From positions 1 to 64,000 of IMG/VR virus record IMGVR_UViG_3300012953_000012: a stretch of DNA of 64,000 bases; one strand, given 5' to 3'. Positions 47,401 to 55,700 of the stretch are shown here, piece by piece; position 1 is the stretch's first letter, and each line of letters begins with the position of its first letter. The stretch comes from a virus. Its lineage: Duplodnaviria; Caudoviricetes. A model generated the notes under the pieces. The model did not search any database. It had not been told where the DNA came from and saw only the letters and a list, made by a program, of their open reading frames with translations. The position numbers and the translations under genes are program-made.

Positions 47401-50397
47401 GTAGCCGGACCTACGGCGGCTATCTACGTCACAGCCTTCACCGACGACGACCACATCAAGCGCATCTACATGCTCACCATCGAGGGGAACACCATCTCTA
47501 ACTCGTGGGGTCAGGGGATCTACTTCACCTGTGCAGCATCGGACACGACCACGACCGGCTTTATCGGTATGGACGCCATCACCGTAACGGACAACGAGAT
47601 CGACAGGCTTCTCTGGAACCAGGCTCAGGGCGCAGTCGGAATCGGCTTTGTCCTCGACGGAGGCACGAATGAGAGGATGAATACTGGATACCCAGCGTTC
47701 ACCACGCCGGGCCTTCAGAACTTCTCGGTGCTCAGGAACCGTGTCAGCCAGGTGGGGCGGGGCTTTGACCTGGGCGGTGACGACATCTTGTCCTGGGTCA
47801 ACTTCGCCATCGAGGACAACAACTGGTCTGGGAACGGATCTGCTCACCTCACCCCGACCACCGACTACCTCAACCGGGTGTCCCTCTCCCTCACCGACAG
47901 CACCAAGGAGATGACCCTTGAAAACTGGTCCATCTCCGGGAACAACTGCGCCATCGATCTCCAGAACCGGCAGTTGGATAACTGGCGGTTCCTGACGGAG
48001 AACGCCAATGTCTCGGTCCTCCGGGTCCAGGGCAACCAGATCAACGGCTCTGGGCTCGATGCCACACCCAACGACTATGGGCGTTCATTCTACTACCTCG
48101 GAAACAACCAGAAGAATGCGTTGGTGTCCACCGACCACAAGGAGATCCACATCTCCGGGAACACCTTTGGAGGGGGCCTCTACTGGGAGGCCAGAAACTC
48201 CAGCCTCTACAGGATGGACATCCACGGGAACCAGATCTCGGTCCCTGTCGCAGATGCTGACACCCCCACCCTGTCCCCCCTGACCCTGTGGAACAACGGC
48301 TTCGACGTTGACGGCCTCAAACTCCAGACAGTCCACGTCCGGGAGAATGCCCTGACGGGAGGGACACACAGTCTTCTCTTCATGGTTGATGACACCCAGG
48401 AGATCGAGGAGATCGCGATCTGCGGGAACGCCTTTCAGGACGCCCGTCTTCACGCGGTGTGGTTCGGCGTAGACCAGACATCCGGGGTGTCGTACCACTC
48501 AGACGTCGTCAGGAACCTCCTGATCGACGGCAACATCATCGGCAACCACGGCGCAAACTCAAGCAACCAAGCCACCGGCATCCGCTTCGCAGCGGGGCAG
48601 GCGGCCACACAGACGCTCGGGATCACGAACAACCAGGTGTACAACCAGGACCTCCAGGCGATCACCTGCTTCTTCGGCGGCTCGGTTCCGGCCTTTGGGG
48701 GAGCCTACGACAGGAACATCACCATCGAGGACAACAAGATAGACCTGTGTGGGTACACCGACGCCGCTCTCCCCTTGATCTCCCTGGAGGTGGACCCTGC
48801 GGCCAGCCTCGGGGTCAACGACGACATCAGTTCGGTCTCTGTCAGCGGCAACCAGATCAGCAACAGCGGGTGGTCCGATGGCAGTGTTGGCATCTACGCT
48901 GACTTCGCTGACTACGGAATCTGCTACGACATGCGAGTGGACGACAACACCCTGACCCAACCCTCGGGCAGCATCATCAACCCGAGTCGTTTCGGTTCGG
49001 GTGTCGAGTTGGACCTCCCCTCCGCACAGCGGCTCTCCGTGTCCCGCAACCAACTGCGGTGCAGCGGGTTCGCCGGGGGTGTGACTAAGGGCTTTGGGGT
49101 CTTCCTCCAGTTTTACCGGGGCGTGGATCCGGGATCCTCTGAACCTGGCATCTCTGGGATCGCCCTGGACGACAACATCATCAGCCTTGACGACGATTCT
49201 GATGGGGGCATCAACTGGGCGGTACTGGCGACCGAGGACATGCAGATTCGGGACTTCAGTGTCTGCCGCAACCAGATCCGCGCCAGGACCGCCAACATAG
49301 TCAGCACCGGGATTCGGTTCGTCGGTGAGGACGGAGCAGGGGACTACTCAGGCTACTTGCAGAACGTCCACATCAACGACAACCTCATCTCAAACTTGCG
49401 GACGGCGGTGGAGTTGCGCCAGTCCGAGTTGGACATGCTCCATGACGGACTTCTTCTGCGGAACTGCGGGATGGACGGCAACAACGTCTATGAGTGCTCC
49501 ATCCAGGGACTCGTCTGGAAGACAGGGGCGGTGAACGCCAACTCGGGCAACATTCATGGTTTCTCGGCAAGCCGGAATCAGGTGACGACGACTCGCCGTG
49601 GAGACCAGAGCAGTGCGGCCAACCCCCTGCTCGGCGTTTACTTCGGTCGAGGGTTTTTGTCGGGCGTCGGCTCGGTCAACATGCACTCGATCTCTGTCGA
49701 TGACAACCAGATTTACCTGGCCAACCCCGACGACCAGGGCACTGAATGGACGGGTATTCATCTGCAACTGTCTGCGGTCAACAATGACGGCGGGGGGCCT
49801 GTCCCCAGCGCCATGACCACCATCAGTTGTGACAGGAACCACATCCGAAACACAGGCTACAACGCCATTGACTTTGAGATGATGGGCTATACCGAGCAGA
49901 ACGCTCAGGGTGACCTGACCAATGTCACCAAGGTCAAGAACGCCTCCTGCTCGGGCAACCTGATCATTGGCGGGACGGAGATGGTAACCACTATTCACCG
50001 GGGCCTTCTCCGAATCGATCTCCAGAACGCCGTCCTTCAACAGTTCACCCTCCAGGGGAACAACGTCGAAACCGTCTTTGCAGACGGTCTGGGCGAGGCT
50101 TTGGTGGTCGCCACCTTGTACCTCCCCCCCAACCCTCCCGTGAACAATAACGACGACAACCAGTACTGGTCAGTGCAAAGCAACGTCATCACCCATGGCT
50201 CAGACGGCAACGAGCATGTCATCGCAGTCATGGACGGAGGGTCAGGTGTCACGGGCTGGCACTATGGACCTCCAGTGCAGGGAATCGTCACGGGGAACCT
50301 CAACACCTCCGACACGAATGCTTCCGACGACTTCAATGGCGCGTACTGGACCTTCGGGGGGACCAGCATCCAGTCCAACAACCTCGTGATCCCGTAG
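44482..50397 (+). CDS. Giant tailspike-like right-handed beta-helix protein (1971 aa)
   Basis: N-terminal HIHDPSRAHMASSI attachment motif; dozens of parallel beta-helix repeats (I-x-G-N-x-I, V-x-D-N). Confidence 0.8.
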   Translation: MPRNVDPGTIRVGKGLAPEGTVEDNSLRYPERDADPLRVHIHDPSRAHMASSIGIVDELDCYVSDEVEGALQELCGNSAAGRLNGLIAGGTFSELGCLPNGTAGGVHATLTLCSPTEILMNGTVLDATGLTVSVPAANTVYFIYLDTQVSSPTYRELVATTGTPPQVEVGDPDTTTGPGSIENVMLAKVTMDAGGNVVSWQDARFFVRNLDRKVTYSSRQGENVDAWSEGCFANLQAFFFWAEYYGDGALPSSNEEEKGMVLIRGTHTILSTLNVPTDHLQFVGDGEAIIELTGNAAFDAVLVDAKKDITFRNITFLCNVASTGSKGIRAAGDFTDLTVEDCRFLSGAQNFSVALHLDAGGAVNERITVRDCAIEAVDCGVNVDGFGSTSSWGTLIENCSVDSQAVAAGSVGIQLGDNQTNGYGTVRGCFVSSFETGIMVKDTGVTLVEGNTIRDTISGIIYPSDSAIGHTVVNNHITLGDNLTLHGIFFGIGHQSIVISGNYIRSLIDGGHPSEPYGISVQGRAASEKVNARIENNHVIGFYDATATIGHGIWVVGTDGVCEGVTITGNTLSRNNIAVESWMNGTITGNTVEAATLGMPPGPTVGGAIDLTNARSFTVSGNTVNARDVIRHGVYARVGKDLTVTGNTVTQPFVTGVLLDSGPNFGAISGMENFTVSGNTVDALPDPANPSLPTADGIVISSTTDDGSPEIGVVDGNSVRRCRHGILLTGFAINVPIRDVTVSNNIVSECAKDQDTWDIWDFQDAGTYGIGCLYAKNIILSGNNIGSVGQVTLDTGAPLVPANNVFVQALFTLNCSGVTAQGNTIRNSLPYGTGRANDIALLVGRLAGDVECINTKVEGNSIIINDSVDPGSHQGILAWADGTSGVATAGFIDLSISDNTIHTVNGASGSGVGTGIHIVAQDEGAIEGARIEGNQIGNYLSSGIYVQTGDGSPQGDSSMYRVGVRHNTLRSMGVAGPTAAIYVTAFTDDDHIKRIYMLTIEGNTISNSWGQGIYFTCAASDTTTTGFIGMDAITVTDNEIDRLLWNQAQGAVGIGFVLDGGTNERMNTGYPAFTTPGLQNFSVLRNRVSQVGRGFDLGGDDILSWVNFAIEDNNWSGNGSAHLTPTTDYLNRVSLSLTDSTKEMTLENWSISGNNCAIDLQNRQLDNWRFLTENANVSVLRVQGNQINGSGLDATPNDYGRSFYYLGNNQKNALVSTDHKEIHISGNTFGGGLYWEARNSSLYRMDIHGNQISVPVADADTPTLSPLTLWNNGFDVDGLKLQTVHVRENALTGGTHSLLFMVDDTQEIEEIAICGNAFQDARLHAVWFGVDQTSGVSYHSDVVRNLLIDGNIIGNHGANSSNQATGIRFAAGQAATQTLGITNNQVYNQDLQAITCFFGGSVPAFGGAYDRNITIEDNKIDLCGYTDAALPLISLEVDPAASLGVNDDISSVSVSGNQISNSGWSDGSVGIYADFADYGICYDMRVDDNTLTQPSGSIINPSRFGSGVELDLPSAQRLSVSRNQLRCSGFAGGVTKGFGVFLQFYRGVDPGSSEPGISGIALDDNIISLDDDSDGGINWAVLATEDMQIRDFSVCRNQIRARTANIVSTGIRFVGEDGAGDYSGYLQNVHINDNLISNLRTAVELRQSELDMLHDGLLLRNCGMDGNNVYECSIQGLVWKTGAVNANSGNIHGFSASRNQVTTTRRGDQSSAANPLLGVYFGRGFLSGVGSVNMHSISVDDNQIYLANPDDQGTEWTGIHLQLSAVNNDGGGPVPSAMTTISCDRNHIRNTGYNAIDFEMMGYTEQNAQGDLTNVTKVKNASCSGNLIIGGTEMVTTIHRGLLRIDLQNAVLQQFTLQGNNVETVFADGLGEALVVATLYLPPNPPVNNNDDNQYWSVQSNVITHGSDGNEHVIAVMDGGSGVTGWHYGPPVQGIVTGNLNTSDTNASDDFNGAYWTFGGTSIQSNNLVIP

Positions 50398-50405
50398 GAG
50401 GACCC

Positions 50406-51371
50406 ATGCTGAACACACCCATCATCACATACGTTGGCAGATACGAGGATGCCGCCTCCATGGCGGCCCCAGCATCTGTGCTGTCCGCCCAGGGGTGGTT
50501 GTCCCACCGCGCGGGACCGGAGCACGCAGAGGTGGAGATCACTCCCGCCGACGCCCAGAACCGCCGGAATGCGGTGCTTGCTGCCATCGTGGCGAAGATC
50601 CCCGCTGGGATCACGCGGGTGCTGGACATTGGTTGCGGCAACGGTGACCTCGCCGAGGCCCTTCACGCGACCCGTCCTGAGGTGAACTACCGGGGCATAG
50701 ACATCTCCATGGAGGCCATCGCCGCAGCCAACACCAACCTGGAGTCCTCCCCCGGAAACCTTCCTGCAAACGTCGAGTTGCAGACGGCAAACCTCACGGA
50801 GTACCTGCTTGCAGGGGTGGATGACTGGGACTTCATTGTCTCCTCTCGCTGTGTCTTTCGGGAGACTCGCAGATCTGGCGACCGCGCCCTTCTCCGACTC
50901 ATCGACAGCAAGGCTCCCAAGGGGTGGTTCATCTACGGAACCCACTGGCGTATGCTCCGTCCCGATCTTCAGTACGTCATGCAGGAAGCGTTGACCAACA
51001 GCACCGACCCCACCGAGCACTACTTCAAAGGTGCTCAGTCCTTTCTGAATGTCGCTGCGGCGTTCGTCGGGTACGAGAAAGAGCACCCGGCCTACATCAT
51101 CAGGGGGGCCTCCGTGGCTCCTGCGCCTGATCCCGGCAAGTACCAGAAGTTCGATGTGATGAAGAACGGCAAGTTTGAGGAGGCCCGCGCACAAGGGACC
51201 CTCAAGTACGACTCAGGCATGACGGAGTACAAGAGTGCTACGTTCGACGCCCAGGGGCAGTTCACGGGAGAGGTGGTTGTGAGCAAAGCGTCCGCCCCCG
51301 CGAAGGCCAACCTTGCGGACGTGGAGTCACAGAAGACCAACCTTCAGAACCTCAAACAGATCGCGGGGTAG
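50406..51371 (+). CDS. Class I SAM-dependent methyltransferase
   Basis: Motif I RVLDIGCGNG, motif II YRGIDIS, DFIVSS; AGGAGG RBS; in operon with the tailspike. Confidence 0.85.
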   Translation: MLNTPIITYVGRYEDAASMAAPASVLSAQGWLSHRAGPEHAEVEITPADAQNRRNAVLAAIVAKIPAGITRVLDIGCGNGDLAEALHATRPEVNYRGIDISMEAIAAANTNLESSPGNLPANVELQTANLTEYLLAGVDDWDFIVSSRCVFRETRRSGDRALLRLIDSKAPKGWFIYGTHWRMLRPDLQYVMQEALTNSTDPTEHYFKGAQSFLNVAAAFVGYEKEHPAYIIRGASVAPAPDPGKYQKFDVMKNGKFEEARAQGTLKYDSGMTEYKSATFDAQGQFTGEVVVSKASAPAKANLADVESQKTNLQNLKQIAG

Positions 51372-51380
51372 GACACCAAC

Positions 51381-52556
51381 ATGAGAATCTTCACCGACAT
51401 CGCCAGCCATGACACGACAGGGGTCGCTCCGGGCGGGCGTATCGTTCGTACCGACTCCACCCCCGTGCAAGGGGAGGAGACCCCGATCAACGGTCAGTGG
51501 GTCTTCCCCGTCCCCGAAGGCGCAGCACTGACGGTGGATTCGACCTCCTTCTGGTTCCCCCAGGAGGACCTCAACTCGATCCCCTCACGAACGGCATCCG
51601 AGTTGCTGATCCGCTACCCGATGTACGACCACATCATCTACAACTTCTACCTCGACAACGGGGACACGGACGCCTTCGATCTGACCAACCCCACGCCGAT
51701 GCCAACAGTTGCGACCACTACCCCGCCGATGCCTACCATCCTGGGGGCCAGCACGGTGCCGCGCTGCCAGTTGGGAGGCCCTACAGGCGCTCCCTCAGTC
51801 GGCATGGTCCCCAACTCCCTGGGAGTCCTGCCTCGGACGGAGGGCCGCCCCAACAACCTTTTCGGCTCGCTCGTCACGGCGATGATCGATCTGTGGTACT
51901 TCAACCCCTGCTACATCGAGGTCAATGATCCGGTCACCCTCAACCCCGGTGACATTGTATCCCTCGACGCCCTCCCTCTTGAGGCGATAGCAGGTGTTCG
52001 CGTCTCTGGCGACGACAACTTCTCTCTGAGCAGCGGAACCGCTGCGGGCATCGCGGCGGACATCGTGGCTGCGATCAACGACCCGCTCAACTCCTTCTCG
52101 ACACTGGTGCTGGCGACGATTGACCCCACGGTCCCGAGCCGCATCCAACTGCGTCCCGTGCCTCCGACCAACACCCAGATCACTGTCGCCGCTGCTGGTG
52201 GGGTCACCGGGTTCACTCTCGTCGAGTCCCATCCTGGCACCGACGAAGTGATGATGTGGTGGAAGATCAACCGCATGACGGTGACCGAGGACCAGGGCAA
52301 CACTCAGGCTACGACCCCGATTGGCAACACCCCAGCCATCAAGAGCCTTGTCGAGATCAATGAGGAAGACCCCGACCTGCTGGTTTACGCCAGCGTGGAT
52401 GACGGAAACTCCTGGTATCGCATCCCCTACCTTGAGCCGATTGACTTGATCAACGCGGGCACCGAGTTGCGGGTAGCATTCATCAACCTCGGCACTGACA
52501 AGATCTATGTCGAGGGCTTCTGCGTCCTGTTCCCTGACCTCTTGCCTCCGCTGTAG
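51381..52556 (+). CDS. Putative virion structural protein (391 aa)
   Basis: Shares the IAADIxxAINDxxNS module with the 40888 protein. Confidence 0.75.
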   Translation: MRIFTDIASHDTTGVAPGGRIVRTDSTPVQGEETPINGQWVFPVPEGAALTVDSTSFWFPQEDLNSIPSRTASELLIRYPMYDHIIYNFYLDNGDTDAFDLTNPTPMPTVATTTPPMPTILGASTVPRCQLGGPTGAPSVGMVPNSLGVLPRTEGRPNNLFGSLVTAMIDLWYFNPCYIEVNDPVTLNPGDIVSLDALPLEAIAGVRVSGDDNFSLSSGTAAGIAADIVAAINDPLNSFSTLVLATIDPTVPSRIQLRPVPPTNTQITVAAAGGVTGFTLVESHPGTDEVMMWWKINRMTVTEDQGNTQATTPIGNTPAIKSLVEINEEDPDLLVYASVDDGNSWYRIPYLEPIDLINAGTELRVAFINLGTDKIYVEGFCVLFPDLLPPL

Positions 52557-52558
52557 CC

Positions 52559-52723
52559 ATGCACCACATCTCCATCCACGACCTGAAAGGCGATGAGCGC
52601 CGCCGCTGGGCAGAGGCCCGCAAGGCCGCCTATCGCAAGGTATTGCGGGATCGGGGGGCGTCTGACCAGCAGCGCAGGGAAGCCCGAGCCAAGTTGAACG
52701 CCATCGACCGCCCTTCCCGGTAG
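52559..52723 (+). CDS. Small basic helical protein (54 aa), absent from the ORF track
   Basis: ATG 2 nt after the previous stop; MHHISIHDLKGDERRRWAEARKAAYRK... Confidence 0.55.
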   Translation: MHHISIHDLKGDERRRWAEARKAAYRKVLRDRGASDQQRREARAKLNAIDRPSR

Positions 52724-52732
52724 TCCGGCTAT
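52718..52732 (+). promoter_or_regulatory. Putative late promoter motif CGGT-N7-CTAT overlapping the upstream stop
   Basis: cgg tag tccgg ctat, GGGTA 11 nt downstream; upstream of 52791. Confidence 0.65.
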
Positions 52733-52790
52733 CAGGTCCACCGGGGTAAGGGTGAGGCTTGCCTGATCCATCGCTTACGGAGACATAGAC

Positions 52791-55700
52791 ATGGCCCAAG
52801 ACTTCGGAAACGGCGTGAGCCGCACACTGTCGGCCATCCAGCGTCAGTTTCAGACGGTGGTTTGGCAGGCATCAAAGCCCCCGCTCGACTCCGAACTGAA
52901 CCTGATGTCGCAGATGGAGATGAACCGCCTGGCTGAGGTGGTGCGTTCCCAGATGCACTCAGGGTTCCTGTTGGACCCGATGAACGCGGATGCGGACTTC
53001 GTGACCGGCAAGGACTGGTCAAACTGGTTCAAGTTGGGGCGTCCCTCCACCAACGAGGTTGCGCCCATGATGTGGGCCAACGTCAATGGTTGGCTCGTGC
53101 CTGTCACGGGAACTGGGGTGAGCGACGGTGATCCCAGCAACCGGGTCAACCTGTTCCAACCCCCGGCGACCGAAGCGCGGGTGGACTTTGTGTTCCTGGA
53201 GGTCTGGCAGGCCCAGATCGCTCCGAACCCCAGCACGGCAGGCAAGCCCTCAGCCAGCACCATCTACAAGTACGGCAACACTCAGTTTGGCGGGACCAAC
53301 TTCCCGGACGAGATGAAAGACCCCACCATGGGGTTTGAGACCACTGAGCGTGTCCAGATTCAGTACCGCATCCGCACCTACGGCTCGGGAACCGGACTCG
53401 GGGACGCTGTGGACCTCGCACAGTACCCGGACGGCCTCGATGATCCCAACGTGCTCGCACAAGGGGCGATGGCCTCTCCTGTGGTTGGCTACGTCTGGTC
53501 CAACATGGGTGACGAGTTGGGCGACCGTGGACTCTGGCGTTCCGGGACCGGCGACAGCAACAGCCGGACAGACCTCGGCACAGTGGACGGCTACGTCTAC
53601 GCCATTCCGATCTGTGCAGTCTTCCGCCGCAACAGCAGCGCCTTCGTTGCTCGCACTGCTTCGGGGAATGCCAACCAGAACGGCGGCCTCGACAGAAACC
53701 CAGTTTCCGGGACCATCACGGATCCCCTGCAAGCCACCCGGACGTTCACTCCGGTCACCCTGACCAACGCCCTGGCGGCAGACACGACAGGCGTGATCTC
53801 AGTCACCGGGCTGCCCAACTCGGGCCTCGACAACGTGAACATCAACTGGTCCTCCATGGCTCTGGAGATCGGTGGCGAGATCATGGTCATCCAGGCAGTC
53901 AACGCCGCGACGGGCCAGATCCAGATCGCCTCGACCACAGACACCACGAACCCGTGGACCGGCGCACTCCTCACGCCCACGCCAGGTCGGGGGCGCTTCG
54001 GCACCCAGGCCGCGCCTCATGTGGCAGGCAGCCAGATTCACTTCTTCAACTTCCGCCCCGACGCACGCTTCTCAGACGAAATCGCAGCGAGCGACATCCT
54101 GGATCTCCGACGCGGGGTCACAGGTGGCGAGTGGTCTTACGAAGACCTCCTGAAGCACAACCTCGGTCGAGTCCTTGATGGCTCCCTCAAGTCCTCCTAC
54201 AAGCAGGGCAGTGGGACGAACACACAAGGCACTGAGATCATCGAAGTGGACTCCTACATCGGCAAGTACGCCTCCCCCATCCCGAACCAGACGGAGCACC
54301 TGGACGGCTTCGACAGCATCCGTGAGGTCTTCTCGGACAGTGCGGTCGTCCAGAACGATGTCAGCATCTTGCTGAACGTCGTCGGAAACACCCCCACGCT
54401 CTCAACGAACAGTTGGGGCGCTGGCGCACCCTTCACGGTGAGCGGGAGCGTCCCGGCAGGCACGGGATCATCGTGGGAGAACGGTTCGATCATCGAGATC
54501 GACATGGGCAGGGCACGCGAAACCTCCGACACCGAAGCCCCCTTCATGCGCTTCGTGGCCCCTCAGGAGTACTGGCTGTCTCGTGACGAGATGATCGTGC
54601 TCGGGGGAGCACTTCACGGAAGCCAGTCTCCCTTCCTCATGCGCTTCGTTGGTGAGGATGCGGCAACCGGAGCCACGGAACCCTATGCGTGGGCACTTCC
54701 CTCCCCTGCCTATGGGTCGGCGGCGGTGAACCACCCCGGCCCCATGTTCCCGATGGTGGATGGGGGCTTTGAGTACCCTTACATCGTGCTCGGGGGTCTG
54801 GCCAACGGCACAACCCTCCCGGCTGATTCGGCTGCTGTGGTCACGAGCGCCCTACCTGCGGCGGTGGTTGCTCTCGGCATCCCGGCTCTCGACTTCGACT
54901 CCTCTGCCCCTGGTAGCAACTGGTACAACACCAGTGTCGATGATCTCAGCACTGAGGGGATCACGAACCTGCTTCTGCATGGCACCCGGAACCTCTACGA
55001 CCTGCTCACCAACGGCGGGCGTGATCCGTCCGGGGCGTCATCTGAGTTGTACATCACCATGGCCGACTCTACGAACCCAGGCAACAACGGTTGCTTCCGG
55101 GTCATTGGAGCCGGAACCGCAGGCTACACCTGGCACAACGCGCCGGACGGGCAGAGCATTGTCGTCGAGCGTGTGGGAGTCCTCCCAGACGCGATGGTCC
55201 CCACTGCCCAGGTGACGGTGAAGTTCCGCACGCAGTACACGAACACGGCGGACACTGGCATGGCCATTGTCCTCACGGACCTCGCAGGCACTCTGGGAGG
55301 CGCGGCGAACCCATGGGGCGCTGCACCATCCATCTCCGACTCGTACAACGGAGACATGGTGCTCGACACCAGCCTCCTCTACGGCCCTTCACGAGGGGCG
55401 ATGGCTCGGGTTGCTACGCGCCTCGACCGCTTCGCGGCGGTCGCTCCTGCCAGCACGGTCCTTCGTGAAGCCCCTGAGAATATCGACCCCGACAGCGTGG
55501 AGTTCCGCACCCGGACAGGCGTGCCGCAGGACGAGTACTACTATCCAGCGCAGCCCGTCCCCACCTGGAACCGTCTGCCCAGCCTGGGAGCACATGCCCC
55601 CAACGCACCCGCCTACGGTGAGGGTCGCTACAACTTTGAGTCCCGTCGTGAAGCAGAACTCTTCGCAGACGAGGGTTCCAAGTCGGTCATCTTCCGCCCC

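Noticed and set aside
50406-51371. Methyltransferase as part of a restriction-modification system
   Set aside because: No DNA-MTase catalytic motif (DPPY/NPPY/PC) and no adjacent nuclease.
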